Below, piece after piece: positions 1-10,762 of a DNA stretch of 64,000 bases. Under the pieces are notes generated by a model. That model worked only from the letters and a program-made list of their open reading frames with translations, was not told the origin of the DNA and did not search any database. Within the stretch, counting starts at the first letter, position 1; every line of letters starts with the position of its first letter. Source of the stretch: an uncultured Gemmatimonadales bacterium (GTDB lineage Bacteria > Gemmatimonadota > Gemmatimonadetes > Gemmatimonadales > GWC2-71-9); assembly GCA_963695555.1 (NCBI GenBank), contig CAVOGR010000001.1, forward strand, positions 256,001 through 320,000, given 5' to 3'. Both the position numbers and the translations under genes were made by a program.

Positions 1-87
1 GGCTTCGACGAGGCGGCCGAGAGGCGAACGACATGGCCTTAGCTTAGCACTGAGGGGTCTCCCAGGCCAAATCCGGCCGTCAGAGCT

Positions 88-103
88 TGGTACGCCCCAT
101 GCG
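88..103 (+). promoter_or_regulatory. Putative sigma-54 (-24/-12) promoter
   Basis: TGGTACG-CCCC-ATGCG has GG-N10-GC spacing and lies ~120 bp upstream of the GT2 start at 220. The -12 element is imperfect. Confidence 0.4.
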
Positions 104-219
104 TAGCGCGGTCCGAAGATCGGTGGGACGGTAAATGATGAAGGTGCTAGGTACCGTTCAACTCGACCGGTCTCGCTCGGATTCGAACATGAAGGTGGCC
201 GAGGAGGTACAGAGGCGCA

Positions 220-1333
220 TTGGTTCTCATCTCTGTTGTGGCACTCGTGATCTTGCTGATCGGTTGGGTCGGATATCCGGTCATCATCAATCTGTTGGCC
301 AGGTGGCGCCCTCCTATTGGTGGCGGTCCGGGATCACCCACACCGATGGTCTCCGTGGTCGTTGCCACTCGGGACGATCCGTTAGTGGTCGCTCGACGGG
401 CTACGAACATTCTCGAGACGGAATACCTGCTCGAAAGCCTCGAGCTCGTTGTGGCAGTCGACGCAGGTTCGTCGTGGCCGGTTGAGGAGTATCGTAAGGC
501 TCTGCCAGAAGATGTCGTCGTGGTGCCAGGCGACGATCCGGGAGGCAAGGCAAGCGCGCTGAACGCCGGGGTACGTGCCGCGGGGGGAGAGGTGGTGGTG
601 TTCGCAGATTCCCACCAGACCTTTGCCCCGGACACGATTCCGTTGCTGGTTCAGTACTTGGGTGATCGGCGGTTTGGGCGGTGTCCGGCACCCTCGCCTT
701 GGATCGTGAGCATTACGGCCGGACAGTGCTCGGTCTGTGGTGGGAATTCGAGTTGTTTCTGCGTCGTTCAGAGGCAGCCATCCACAGCCTGGTGGGGGTG
801 ACGGGGGCGGTTTATTGCATCCGCCGGTCGCTCTGGACCCCACTGCCAAGGGATCTCATTTGTGACGACCTCTTTGTTCCGTTCAATCTCGCCATGCACG
901 GACATCGTGTCGGCCATTGCGAGCCGGCACACGCGTTCGATCCGAGGAAGTTGAGCCGGCCACGAGGAGTTCCGACGGCGGGTCCGGACGCTGACGGGAA
1001 TTCTGCAGCTGTGCGCTTGGTATCCCTCGATTCTCGTGCCCTGGAGGAATCCGGTCTGGGCCCAGTTCGTCTGTCACAAGCTGCTCCGGGTGGCGACCCC
1101 GTACCTGGTGCTGCTCGTGGTAATCGGCCTCATTCCGTGGCTAGCTCGGACGCCCGGAACGTGGCTTGCTGCAGCAAGTCTGGTACTGCTTATTGTGTCG
1201 CTCGGGTTGTTCATCGTCGCACCATCGAAGGCGAGGAAGTTGGGGTCACAGGTGTTGTGGGCGGCTCGCCTGCTCAGGTGCGCCGGTCAGGGCCAGCCTC
1301 AACGCTCTACGTGGGCGTTGGGACGTGTGGTAA
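220..1333 (+). pseudogene. GT2 glycosyltransferase (CesA/IcaA-like), split by three frameshifts that are probably sequencing errors
   Basis: N-terminal TM, then GKASALN and VFADSHQ. A shift at ~677 (GGG run) continues as VSGTL..VGVTGAVY..CDDLFVP. A shift at ~960 continues as EEFRRRVRTLTG..HKLLR. A shift at ~1280 continues as APVRASLNALRGRWDVW, ending TAA at 1331-1333. Confidence 0.8.
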
Positions 1334-1420
1334 GGCCGTGACCGAATCGGATCGTGGATGGGAATTTGGCGCTATTTTCTCGGACCAACTGTCGATTTCA
1401 GCGACGCAGGGAGATCGGTG

Positions 1421-3167
1421 ATGGAAAAGCCGCCCAGTGATTTCCAGTCCCGGCGTCCCCTTCGCGTCGGCGTTCTGATCGACGGTTTCGACCACCCACG
1501 GTGGGCGCTGTCAGTCCTTCAGGACATTCAATCGAGTTCCTGTGCCGACCTCGTCGTCGTCATCCGAAATATTGCTCCACATCCTTCGCTTTCCTTTCGT
1601 GAGCGCCTTTCGCGAAAATGGCGGTCACTGTTTTACAACCGCTATGTGGCCTGGGACAGCGCGAAGTACACCACATCGAATGACGCGCTAGCCATGGGCG
1701 ATGCCAAGCCGACACTCGGGACGTTACCCCTGATCGATGTCGTTCCCCGCATGACGCTTCATACCGATCGCTTTGAGGAGGATGACGTTCGCCGCGTTCG
1801 CGATTTCGACCTGGACGTTATCCTGCGCTTTGGGTTTCGCCTCCTCCGCGGCCCAATCTTGGATAGCGCTCGATACGGAGTGTGGTCCTATCACCATGGT
1901 GATAATCGATCGTATCGAGGAGGACCTCCGTGCTTCTGGGAGGTTGCTGAAGGGAACAGTGTCACTGGGGTCATCCTTCAGGTGATCACGGATGAACTTG
2001 ACGCAGGACACGTGTTGTATCGCTCGGTGGGGCGAACGGATCCCCTATCCGTTCGAAAGACCCGACAGGAGTGTTATGGAACAGCGCAGCAATTCGTCAT
2101 CAGGAAACTGCAGGACGTATTTCAGCGTGGGCGCGCCGGTCTCAATACCCACACCAACGATCAGCCGTCCTGGGCACCTTACAGCAATCGCCTCTTCATG
2201 GCTCCGACTAACCGGGAAATGCTCCAGTACCTGTTGGTGCTGTTTCGAAGGCGGATCGAGGCGCGGTGGGCGTCGATGTTTCGTCCCAGCCGCTGGATCC
2301 TGGCCTATCGCTTTTCCTCGCCGTCACCCGAGGCCTCCGTCGAGGCACTTCCTGCGCCAGGGACCTCTGTGTTCCATCGACTCAAGCCCATCCTCCCGCC
2401 GAGCGGTCAGCAGTGGGCCGATCCCTTCCCGGCCAAGGTGGATGGACGATTCTACGTGTTCTTCGAGAACTGGCCATTGGGCGGTGGGAAGGGTCGCATC
2501 GAGGTGATGGAATGGCTGGGAGACGATCGGTGGAGTACTCCAGCCGTCGCGTTGGAACGCCCCTACCACCTCTCGTATCCGTATCTGTTCGAGTGGGAGG
2601 GGGAGCGCTACATGGTGGTGGAGAGCGAGGCGAATTCTTCTGTGGAGGTCTATCGGACCACATCGTTTCCAGTCGGGTGGGAGCTCGATCGAGTATTGCT
2701 CAGCGACATTGCCGCCGTCGATCCAACCATCGTTGAGCTCAACGGCCGGTGGTGGATGTTTGTGACGATGGTGAACCCAGGGGGGTCGCCCTCGACCGAG
2801 CTGCGATGTCTACCATGCGGAGAGCCCACTCGGCCCCTGGCTACCTCACGCACTGAATCCTGTCAAATCCGATATTCGGAGCGCGCGCCCGGCAGGACGC
2901 CCATTCATGGTCGACGGCGCCATCTATCGTCCGGCCCAGGATTGCTCGCTGCGCTACGGCGGCGCAATCGTTCTCAATCGCATCGACCTGCTGAGTGACA
3001 CCGAGTATCGCGAAGTGGTCGTTGACCGAATCGACCCACGTTGGGCACCCGGTCTGGTGGGAACCCACACCATCAACTCACACTCTGAGTTGACGGTAGT
3101 GGACGCCCTGGCCCAGGGGTCCCGGTTCGAGAAATGGGCACGGAAGAAGGCGAAACACCGTCCCTGA
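1421..3167 (+). pseudogene. Formyltransferase-like domain fused to a GH43-like/GINT1-type beta-propeller, one frameshift at ~2804
   Basis: ATG at 1421 follows GGAG. Formyltransferase-like motifs GVWSYHHGDNRSYRGGPP and DELDAG are followed by WADPF, HLSYPY and VDPTI. The shifted frame continues DVYHAESPLGPW..ARPAG..RPAQDC..GTHTIN to the stop at 3167. Confidence 0.7.
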
Positions 3168-3294
3168 CCCCGGCTTGGCCCTCCCATGCCTGGCATGGGC
3201 AGTGCCTTTTGACAGTCGCACGTCGGTTTGCACCTCAGGCCCCCCGGTGAGCGCAGAAGCAGGGGAGATCTCTCCCCTCCGGCAATCGCGGCGC

Positions 3295-4869
3295 TCAATC
3301 ACGGCCACCCGTCTGCCGGATCCACTGCAGGAGAAGGGCGCGGTATCGTTGCCGCTCGTCCCTGGTCAAGCAGAGGAACCACGCCCCAACTGCTGCCACC
3401 GGGAGCGCCAGCGCTACCTGGGCAAAGAACACCACGAGGTTGGAGGCCGGCCACTGCCGTTGTATCCCGTATGTGGCGAGGGCAAACGGCATCATCGACA
3501 CCAGCGGCCGGACCCAGGCGTTGAACCAGAAGGCCGTCACCGGGATGCCGAGCACGTGCCTGAGGTACCATGGCATGGCGACCAGGGCGACGACGACTCT
3601 CGGTAGGGTCGTGCCCCACGCCACTCCTTGGATCCCGATGGCCTGGACCAACCAGATGCTCAAGCCGAGGTTGACGGCCGCTTCCGTTCCGAAGATCGGG
3701 ACCAGTCCACGGTGCCGATTCAGTCCGAACATGGTGGAGCCGATGCTGGCAACGCCGCCTTGGCAGGCCAGCGCGATGGAGAGGATCCACAGGATTTCCC
3801 CGGAACGCTCGGCGTAGCTGGGTCCCATCCAGAGGCCGATGAACGTCCCACCCCGGATCATGAACGTCACAATGATCGGGAGGATCACGAGGGTCGCGAA
3901 CCGGGCGCTCTTCAAGACAATGTGCCGCAACTCATCGCTCCGGCCCTGGGCTTGGAGCGCGCTCGTTGTCGGCGTGATGGTGAATGAAATACCGCTGACG
4001 ATTGCCCGCGCGTAGTTCGTCAAATTGACCGCGATGGCAAAGAAGGTCAGGAGCGCGACGGGAAGAAACGCGCTGATCACGATGGAATCGGTGTACGAAA
4101 TGATCTGAGCCGACGCCTGGATCAGAATGGTGTAGATGCTCCAGGAGAAGATGAGCCGAACGGCGCGAGGGTCCCAGTGCAGCCATCGTATTTGGGCTTC
4201 GGGATAGAGCCGCCGGTCGAGGCCGTACGCGATGCCGGCACGAAGGAGTGTCACGGCCAACTGAATGATGGCCAGGGCGATCAGACCCTCTCCGGCACTG
4301 AGCGCCACGACCACCAGCGCCGCCCGCAGGCTCTCGATGGCAATGTTGAGCTTGCTGGTGTAGTCGAATCGTTGTCGGCCGACGAGGATCCCCTCGAAGA
4401 CGCCGTTGATGAGCGTCACCCCGATCGTGACCCCGCCGATGATCGTGACGACCTGGGCCTCGAAGACGAGGGCGGGGGGTATCCGAAACCGGGGAACGAC
4501 AAAGATGGCGAGGATTACGGCCGCCACGATGGCCAGCAGCCCGGTCATGCAGTAGATGATGAATGCCGACGACGCCAATCGGCTCGATTGGAGATGGTCC
4601 CCCTCGGCATGGAACTTGGCGATGAACCGCGTCACCGCACCGCGGACCCCCAGGTCCAGGAGTCCCATGTAGCCCACCAGCGAGCCGAGCAGTACCCATG
4701 CGCCGTACTCGGTGTTGCCGAGGCTTCGGACCACGAACGGTGACAGGAAGAATGCCACCACGGCCGTGAAGAGGAACGAGGTCCAGTTGGCGAAGACATT
4801 CCGCGCCATCCGTGGCTTGGCGTCTACTGCGCGAGGAGTGGGCCGCTCGGGTTGATTGTGGTCTGGCAT
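3295..4869 (-). CDS. Wzx/MOP-superfamily oligosaccharide flippase
   Basis: Many TM helices with NVFANW..SPFVVRSLGNTEYG..LLDLGV and NLGLSIWLV..GIQGVAWGT. Start trimmed to MPDHNQ (alternative ATG at 4809). Confidence 0.85.
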   Translation of the reverse strand: MPDHNQPERPTPRAVDAKPRMARNVFANWTSFLFTAVVAFFLSPFVVRSLGNTEYGAWVLLGSLVGYMGLLDLGVRGAVTRFIAKFHAEGDHLQSSRLASSAFIIYCMTGLLAIVAAVILAIFVVPRFRIPPALVFEAQVVTIIGGVTIGVTLINGVFEGILVGRQRFDYTSKLNIAIESLRAALVVVALSAGEGLIALAIIQLAVTLLRAGIAYGLDRRLYPEAQIRWLHWDPRAVRLIFSWSIYTILIQASAQIISYTDSIVISAFLPVALLTFFAIAVNLTNYARAIVSGISFTITPTTSALQAQGRSDELRHIVLKSARFATLVILPIIVTFMIRGGTFIGLWMGPSYAERSGEILWILSIALACQGGVASIGSTMFGLNRHRGLVPIFGTEAAVNLGLSIWLVQAIGIQGVAWGTTLPRVVVALVAMPWYLRHVLGIPVTAFWFNAWVRPLVSMMPFALATYGIQRQWPASNLVVFFAQVALALPVAAVGAWFLCLTRDERQRYRALLLQWIRQTGGRD

Positions 4870-5205
4870 GAAGTGTGGAGACGCCTCCGGGCGGCACCGC
4901 GCGGGAGAAGCAACAGGCTTTGGGTCTCCCCAGTGGCCTGAAGTCGAAGTTGTTGGGCAGGGAATAAAGAGGACAAGGATTCTGTGAGGCAAGCCTCAGC
5001 GGGACTGACGTTGAGGGAGCGGGCTGTCGGGAGGCGCTCCGGCGCGCGAGGAGGTGCCGGGGGAAGGCCGGCGGGACCAGCGGGGAGTGGCGTCGGCAAG
5101 GTGCTGCGGACTGGCCTGTTTCCTCGCATGGTTGTTGCATCCTCCCACTTAGATTGCATGCCTCGTAGTGGTATCCGGGCATATGGCCGCAGAATCGAGG
5201 GGCAT

Positions 5206-6858
5206 TTGGACCAACCGCAGGCCGCAGGGAGTTGGTTGGACGGGTTCTGGGACTCGCGCCGGCATGACCGTTGGGTGTTCGCGGCAGCCGGGTGCCTGCT
5301 GTTGGTGTACGTCTCCCTCACCTGGTACCTCCGCATTCCCGCGGTGACGACCGGGAATGACGATGCCACGTACCTCCACCTTGCCCGCGCCGTATCTCAC
5401 TTCAACTACCGGGAACTCTGGATAGTCGGCGAGCCGGTCCACTCGCACTACCCCCCGTTCTATCCGATTCTTCTCGCCGCCGTCGGCTTCTTCTCGGGCT
5501 ACCGCCTGGACGCCCTGCTCGTCGTGAACCACCTGTTGGTGATGGCCGCGCTCTGGCTGATGTTCGATGCCGTTCGCCGGTTGTGGTCCCCCGGCCTGGC
5601 GCTCTTGATGCTCGCGATGCTGGTGGTCAATCCCGGGCTGGTTCTGCTCGGTGGCCGTATCATGTCCGAGGCCCCATATCTGGCCCTCTCCTGCCTGGTG
5701 TTGTGGATACCGACGCGAACATCGACTCGTAGGACATGGGTCGGGGTGGCGTTTTGCGCGGCCGCCATCCTGGCCGCGCTGACCCGAAGCGCGGGGATTA
5801 CGCTCCTCGCCGCCGTGTTCGTGCTTTGGGCCCTGGACCGACGGTGGCGGGCACTCGGCGCCTTTACCCTCGCTTCCTCGATTCTGGTCGGATCGTGGCT
5901 GACGATGACCGCTCTCGCTCCGCACACGGTACACGGGTCGCTCTCCTACGTCGCGGACGCGGTACGAGGCCCGGCCGATCGCGGCATGCTCTTCACCCTC
6001 GTGCAACGGCTGGCCACACGGCTGCCGGACTATCTCGCCCGGGTCGTTGCCTGGGAGCTACCCCTGCCGGTGACCTCGAGCACGGTCCTCGACAACATCG
6101 CCTGGGCTCTGCTCCTCGTTGGACTGGGTGGGCTGGGCCTCGTGAGCACGTGGCGGCGTTGGAGGATCCTCCCGCTGTACCTTGGCGCCTATGGCGGGCT
6201 CTTGGCCGTATGGACCTGGGTGATCGGGCGGTTTCTCGCGCCGATCATCCCGATCATCGTCATCACGTTGCTGGCCGGAGCCGATGTGATCCGCCGCCGC
6301 TACGGTGCGCGGCTGGGTACCGCTCTCGCGGTCGGGTTGGCCGCCGTGGTTGTATTCACCGGAATCCGTGCCGATTGGGACGAGATCCGCGCGTTCCGCG
6401 GCTGTGACCGGACGGCGCCGCTCGAATCACCGGGCTGCTTCGATGCCGATCAGCGCAGTCTCTTTGCCGCGAGCCGCTTCGTCGCCGCCAATACGCCGGA
6501 TTCCTCAGTGGTGCTCACCGCGAAAGACGCGGTCTTTGCCCTCTACAGCGGCCGAAAGGTCGTCCGGCCGCGAGCCATCCTGGCGGCTGACCCGGCCGTG
6601 TTCATCGCCCAATTGGCGGAGAGCGGTGCGGACTACGTCTTCCTCGGCAGCACCGTTGGCATCGAACTCAAACCGTACTCCAAATCGCTCTTGCCGGCCT
6701 GTACTGCTCTGGATCTCGTGGAGTCGTTTCCCCCTCGATCCTTCCTTTTCCGGCCGGCTGCGACGATCACCTCCGACACGACGTCGGCGGCATGCCGTGT
6801 CCTGTCCGAGTATCGCGCCTGGGTGCGTGGCGGCGTGAATGAGGACTCCGAGCCCTAG
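5206..6858 (+). CDS. GT-C fold (ArnT/PMT/GT39-like) membrane glycosyltransferase
   Basis: GNDDATY acidic motif in the first loop, plus HYPPFYP, MSEAPY and LTRSAG; multi-TM with a soluble C-terminal domain. A TTG start at 5206 after GAGGGG is my preference; the track ORF begins at 4984. Confidence 0.8.
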   Translation: MDQPQAAGSWLDGFWDSRRHDRWVFAAAGCLLLVYVSLTWYLRIPAVTTGNDDATYLHLARAVSHFNYRELWIVGEPVHSHYPPFYPILLAAVGFFSGYRLDALLVVNHLLVMAALWLMFDAVRRLWSPGLALLMLAMLVVNPGLVLLGGRIMSEAPYLALSCLVLWIPTRTSTRRTWVGVAFCAAAILAALTRSAGITLLAAVFVLWALDRRWRALGAFTLASSILVGSWLTMTALAPHTVHGSLSYVADAVRGPADRGMLFTLVQRLATRLPDYLARVVAWELPLPVTSSTVLDNIAWALLLVGLGGLGLVSTWRRWRILPLYLGAYGGLLAVWTWVIGRFLAPIIPIIVITLLAGADVIRRRYGARLGTALAVGLAAVVVFTGIRADWDEIRAFRGCDRTAPLESPGCFDADQRSLFAASRFVAANTPDSSVVLTAKDAVFALYSGRKVVRPRAILAADPAVFIAQLAESGADYVFLGSTVGIELKPYSKSLLPACTALDLVESFPPRSFLFRPAATITSDTTSAACRVLSEYRAWVRGGVNEDSEP

Positions 6859-6901
6859 GGGTCTGAGGCCGCTCCTCACTATACGATCCCGCCGCCCACG
6901 A

Positions 6902-6917
6902 GGGCGCACTATTTGCT
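6902..6917 (+). promoter_or_regulatory. Putative sigma-54 promoter
   Basis: GGGCGCA-CTAT-TTGCT (GG-N10-GC, with TTGCT) is intergenic and upstream of the 7183-16498 gene run. Confidence 0.5.
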
Positions 6918-7182
6918 ACGTCCCAGGCCGTGGCCCTCGAGCCTGTGCCGGGGCCTGCTCTTCGCGTGGTTCGCACGTCCCTTAACCAGTGCTTTTCCCG
7001 CCCACTTTCGTTATTTGTTCGGGACGGCAACAATACCGAGAGGGATCGTTAGTGACTCAGGAGACTCCGAGTCGGACAAAGTTGTGGCGGGACCCCTACA
7101 ATAGGGGGTTCCCAGCCACTCACCTGCGGCGGCGCCACTCCCGGCCTGAGCCAGGGCTGCCTCGGCGGAACGGCGCGGCCGC

Positions 7183-8076
7183 ATGACGGCGTCGCTCTCG
7201 GTCATCATCCCCTCCGTCAACGGATGGGATGATCTTGCAGGTTGCCTGGAGGCACTCGAAGCCGAGCGCAGCAACCTCGAAATCGAAGCAGTGGTGATAG
7301 ACCGGGTTGGTGAGCCGCTCCGGGCCAAGGTGCGGGCGCGGTTTCCATGGGTGGTGGTGCTCGACGCCCCGCGCGGAACCACCATTCCGGACCTTCGGGC
7401 GATGGGCTTCGCTCGGGCCGAGGCCGAGGCGGTGGCGGTGATCGAGGACCACATCGTGGTCCCACCCGGGTGGGGCCGTCAGATGCTCGAGGCCCAAATG
7501 GCGGGAGCCGACGTGGTGGGAGGAGCCGTCGAGAACCTGGCGACGGAGCGGTTGATCGACCGCGCGGCGTTCTTATGCGAGTACAGCCATCTGCTGCCGC
7601 CTCTCCCCGAGGGCCCGGTCGGGAGCCTCGCGGGCAACAACGTGGTCTACCGTCGCAGCATTCTCGAACGCTACCGGGAGGTCGTCACTGCGGGCCGATG
7701 GGAGAACTACCTACACGACGCGATGAGAGCTGACGGTCTCGAGCTGATCAGCAGGCCCGATATTCGGGTCGGCCATAAGAAGCACTATACCATGCGAGAG
7801 TACGTGTCCCAACGTTTTCTGTATAGCCGTTCCTACGCGGGAGGGCGCACCGAGTCCTGGCCGTGGTTGCGCCGCATGGTATATGGTACGGCGGCGCTTG
7901 GACTTCCGGCGTTGCTCCTTTGGCGGGTCGTGTCCACCGTGTGGCGAAAAGGGGTGAACCGGGTCGAGATCATCCGGGCCCTCCCCTTGCTCCTGGTGTT
8001 TGTGGTGTCCTGGGGAGTTGGCGAGACCGTTGGCGCATGGGCCGGTCAGGGCGATGCCCTGAGCCGGGTCTGCTAG
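7183..8076 (+). CDS. GT2 glycosyltransferase with C-terminal TM helices
   Basis: SVIIPS start, AVIEDH at the DxD position, and VGGAVEN and GNNVVYRR motifs. Paralog of 37594-38511. Confidence 0.8.
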   Translation: MTASLSVIIPSVNGWDDLAGCLEALEAERSNLEIEAVVIDRVGEPLRAKVRARFPWVVVLDAPRGTTIPDLRAMGFARAEAEAVAVIEDHIVVPPGWGRQMLEAQMAGADVVGGAVENLATERLIDRAAFLCEYSHLLPPLPEGPVGSLAGNNVVYRRSILERYREVVTAGRWENYLHDAMRADGLELISRPDIRVGHKKHYTMREYVSQRFLYSRSYAGGRTESWPWLRRMVYGTAALGLPALLLWRVVSTVWRKGVNRVEIIRALPLLLVFVVSWGVGETVGAWAGQGDALSRVC

Positions 8077-8086
8077 GTTACGGCGC

Positions 8087-9580
8087 ATGTTCGCCTCCGC
8101 GCAGCCGAGTAGTCGGCCGGTCACCCAGCTCGCTCCCGACGAACACGTCGTGGTCGTTGGTGCCGGCCCGGCTGGTCTGACCGCGGCCTATCTCCTGACC
8201 AAGCAAGGGCATCGGGTGACGGTGCTCGAGGGCGATGAGGTGGTCGGGGGTATTTCGCGAACCGCCCAGTACAAGAACTACCGTTTTGACATCGGCGGCC
8301 ACCGGTTCTTCACCAAAATCGAACCGGTCGAGGCGCTGTGGCACGAGATCCTGGGAGAGGACTTCATCTCCGTGCCGCGGCTTTCCCGCATTCATTACAA
8401 CGGCAAATACTTCAACTATCCGCTCAAGGCCTCGAATGCCCTGATGGGGCTGGGCATCTGGAACGCGGCGCTCATCCTCGTGAGCTACATCCGGGCCAAA
8501 ATCTGGCCGTCGAAGATCGAAGAGAATTTCGAGCAGTGGGTGACCAACCGGTTTGGTCGCCGGCTCTACGAGACGTTCTTCAAGACGTATACCGAAAAGG
8601 TGTGGGGTATCCCGTGCACGGAGATCCGGGCGGAGTGGGCGGCTCAGCGCATTCAAGGGCTTTCGCTGGCGCGCGCTATTCTCTCGGCTGCTTCGCTCAA
8701 CAAGCGATCCACCAAGATCAAGACCCTCATCAACGAGTTTCAGTATCCACGCCTCGGGCCGGGGCAGATGTGGGAGGCCTGTCGCGACCGGATCGTTGCA
8801 GCCGGCAACCAGGTCCTCATGCAGCACTACGCGACGGCCCTGGAGTTGGTCGATGGCAACGTCGTTGCGGTTCGTGCCCAGACCCCGACCGGGGAGATCC
8901 GCCTCGAGGCGGATCACGTGATCTCCACGATGCCGGTTCGTTCGTTGGTGCGATCGTTCGACCCGCCGGTGCCGCCGCAAATCCGTGAAGCCGCCGAGGG
9001 ATTGAAGTACCGTGATTTCCTGGTGGTGGCGCTCATGCTGGACCGGCCGGATCTGTTTCCCGATAATTGGATCTACATTCACACGCCGGGCGTCAAGGTA
9101 GGCCGTATCCAGAATTTCAATAATTGGAGTGCGGCCATGGTCCCCGAGCCGGGTCGGACCTGCCTGGGACTCGAGTATTTCTGTTTCAAAGGGGATGGGC
9201 TCTGGACCACGTCGGACGACGACCTGATCGCTCTGGCTACTCGGGAGCTCGAACAGCTCGGCCTCGCAGAAGCTGCGGGCGTGGTCGATGGCGCCGTGAT
9301 CCGGATGCCCAAGGCGTACCCCATCTACGATTCACAGTACGCCGACCATCTCCAGATCGTGCGCGAGTTCATCGACCCCATTCCGAACCTGCACACGGTG
9401 GGACGGAACGGCATGCACAAGTACAACAACCAAGATCATTCGATGCTCACGGCCATGATGGCGGTGCAGAACATGAACGGTGCTGAATACGACATCTGGG
9501 CGGTGAACACCGATTTCGAATACCACGAGGAGCAGCGGGTCGAAACGCAGGAGCGAGAACCCGTCGCCACCGGCAGCTGA
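8087..9580 (+). CDS. FAD-dependent oxidoreductase (UDP-galactopyranose mutase/HemY-like superfamily)
   Basis: VVGAGPAGLTAA Rossmann motif, FDIGGHRF, YTEKVWG, AYPIY and GRNGMHKYNNQDHSM. Confidence 0.85.
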   Translation: MFASAQPSSRPVTQLAPDEHVVVVGAGPAGLTAAYLLTKQGHRVTVLEGDEVVGGISRTAQYKNYRFDIGGHRFFTKIEPVEALWHEILGEDFISVPRLSRIHYNGKYFNYPLKASNALMGLGIWNAALILVSYIRAKIWPSKIEENFEQWVTNRFGRRLYETFFKTYTEKVWGIPCTEIRAEWAAQRIQGLSLARAILSAASLNKRSTKIKTLINEFQYPRLGPGQMWEACRDRIVAAGNQVLMQHYATALELVDGNVVAVRAQTPTGEIRLEADHVISTMPVRSLVRSFDPPVPPQIREAAEGLKYRDFLVVALMLDRPDLFPDNWIYIHTPGVKVGRIQNFNNWSAAMVPEPGRTCLGLEYFCFKGDGLWTTSDDDLIALATRELEQLGLAEAAGVVDGAVIRMPKAYPIYDSQYADHLQIVREFIDPIPNLHTVGRNGMHKYNNQDHSMLTAMMAVQNMNGAEYDIWAVNTDFEYHEEQRVETQEREPVATGS

Positions 9581-9583
9581 GTC

Positions 9584-10762
9584 ATGCGGATTGGAGTGGA
9601 TGTCACCTGTTGGGCAAACGAACGTGGGTACGGGCGCTTCACCCGTGAGCTGGTGCCGGCCATGGCGGAGATTGCGGCGGATGACACGTTTCTCTGCTTC
9701 GCAGACCGGCGGGCCGCGGAGCGCTTCGGGTTATCGGCACCCAACGTCGAGCTGATCGAGGTGCCCCTCAAGGCGTCTCCGACGACCGCGGCCGCGGCAG
9801 AGGGCTATCGTTCTCCCGTTGATATGCTCCGGCTCACCCGGGCGGTCTGGCGGTCGGCTCCGGATGTATTTTTCAGTCCGTCCGTGTACACCTATTTTCC
9901 GTTGCCACCGGGCATGCGCGCCGTCGTGACCGTGCACGACACCATCGCCGAGCGCTATCCCGCCCTGACCCTGCCGACGCGTCGCGACCGGCTGTTTTGG
10001 AAACTCAAAGTCGGGCTCGCCTTGAAACAGGCACGGCTCATCCTGACGGTGTCCGATTTTGCCGCACGGGAAATCACCGCCATGCTGGGCGTCGCGCCGG
10101 AACGGCTACGGGTAGCGGTTGAAGCGCCGGCAAGGGCATTTCAGAAGAGCGATTCCCCGGAGCGCGAGGCGGAAGCCGCCGCCCGCGCCGGCCTCCCGAC
10201 GGGTGCCCGCTGGTTCACCTACGTCGGCGGTTTCAACCCCCACAAGCGAGTCGATGTGCTGATCCGCGCGCATGCCGAGGTCGTTCGCCAGTGTGGGAGT
10301 TCTTCCCCCTACCTATTGCTGGTGGGAACCCGGACAGCGGACGTTTTCCATCAATCGGTTACGGATTTGGATCGCCTGGTGACGGACCTCGGGACGAGCG
10401 ACCGGGTCAAGTGGACGGGGTTCGTCGACGACGCGGAGCTCCGGTACCTCCATGCCGGTGCCGTTGCCGCGGTGCTGCCGTCGGAATGCGAGGGATTCGG
10501 CCTGCCCGCCGTGGAAGCGGCCGCATGCGGCACCCCGGTCATTGCCACTCGTGCCAGCCCGCTGCCCGATCTGCTCGAGGGTGGGGGCATCTTTGTGGCA
10601 CCAGGTGAGGCCGAGCCGTTGGCGCGGGCCATGGTGGCCTTGCTGTCCGACTCCGAGCTACGCCGGAGGTTAGGCACGCGTGCCCGGGAACGGGCAGCGG
10701 CACTCGACTGGACCGATGGCGCGCGAGTGGCGGTTGGCGCGCTCCACGAGGCGGCGGAATGA
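9584..10762 (+). CDS. GT4 (GT-B) glycosyltransferase
   Basis: VTVHD, YVGG..HKRVD and EGFGLPAVEAAACGTPVI motifs. Confidence 0.9.
   Translation: MRIGVDVTCWANERGYGRFTRELVPAMAEIAADDTFLCFADRRAAERFGLSAPNVELIEVPLKASPTTAAAAEGYRSPVDMLRLTRAVWRSAPDVFFSPSVYTYFPLPPGMRAVVTVHDTIAERYPALTLPTRRDRLFWKLKVGLALKQARLILTVSDFAAREITAMLGVAPERLRVAVEAPARAFQKSDSPEREAEAAARAGLPTGARWFTYVGGFNPHKRVDVLIRAHAEVVRQCGSSSPYLLLVGTRTADVFHQSVTDLDRLVTDLGTSDRVKWTGFVDDAELRYLHAGAVAAVLPSECEGFGLPAVEAAACGTPVIATRASPLPDLLEGGGIFVAPGEAEPLARAMVALLSDSELRRRLGTRARERAAALDWTDGARVAVGALHEAAE

Noticed and set aside
1..42. Possible 3' end of an upstream CDS ending TAG at 40-42
   Set aside because: Too short to support a call.
3183..3199. Hairpin CCCATGC-ctg-GCATGGG between convergent genes
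   Set aside because: Short stem with the T-run displaced from it; insufficient for a terminator call.
7050..7115. Small inverted repeats in the leader of the 7183 operon (possible riboswitch or attenuator)
   Set aside because: The stems are imperfect and resemble no RNA family I can recognise.
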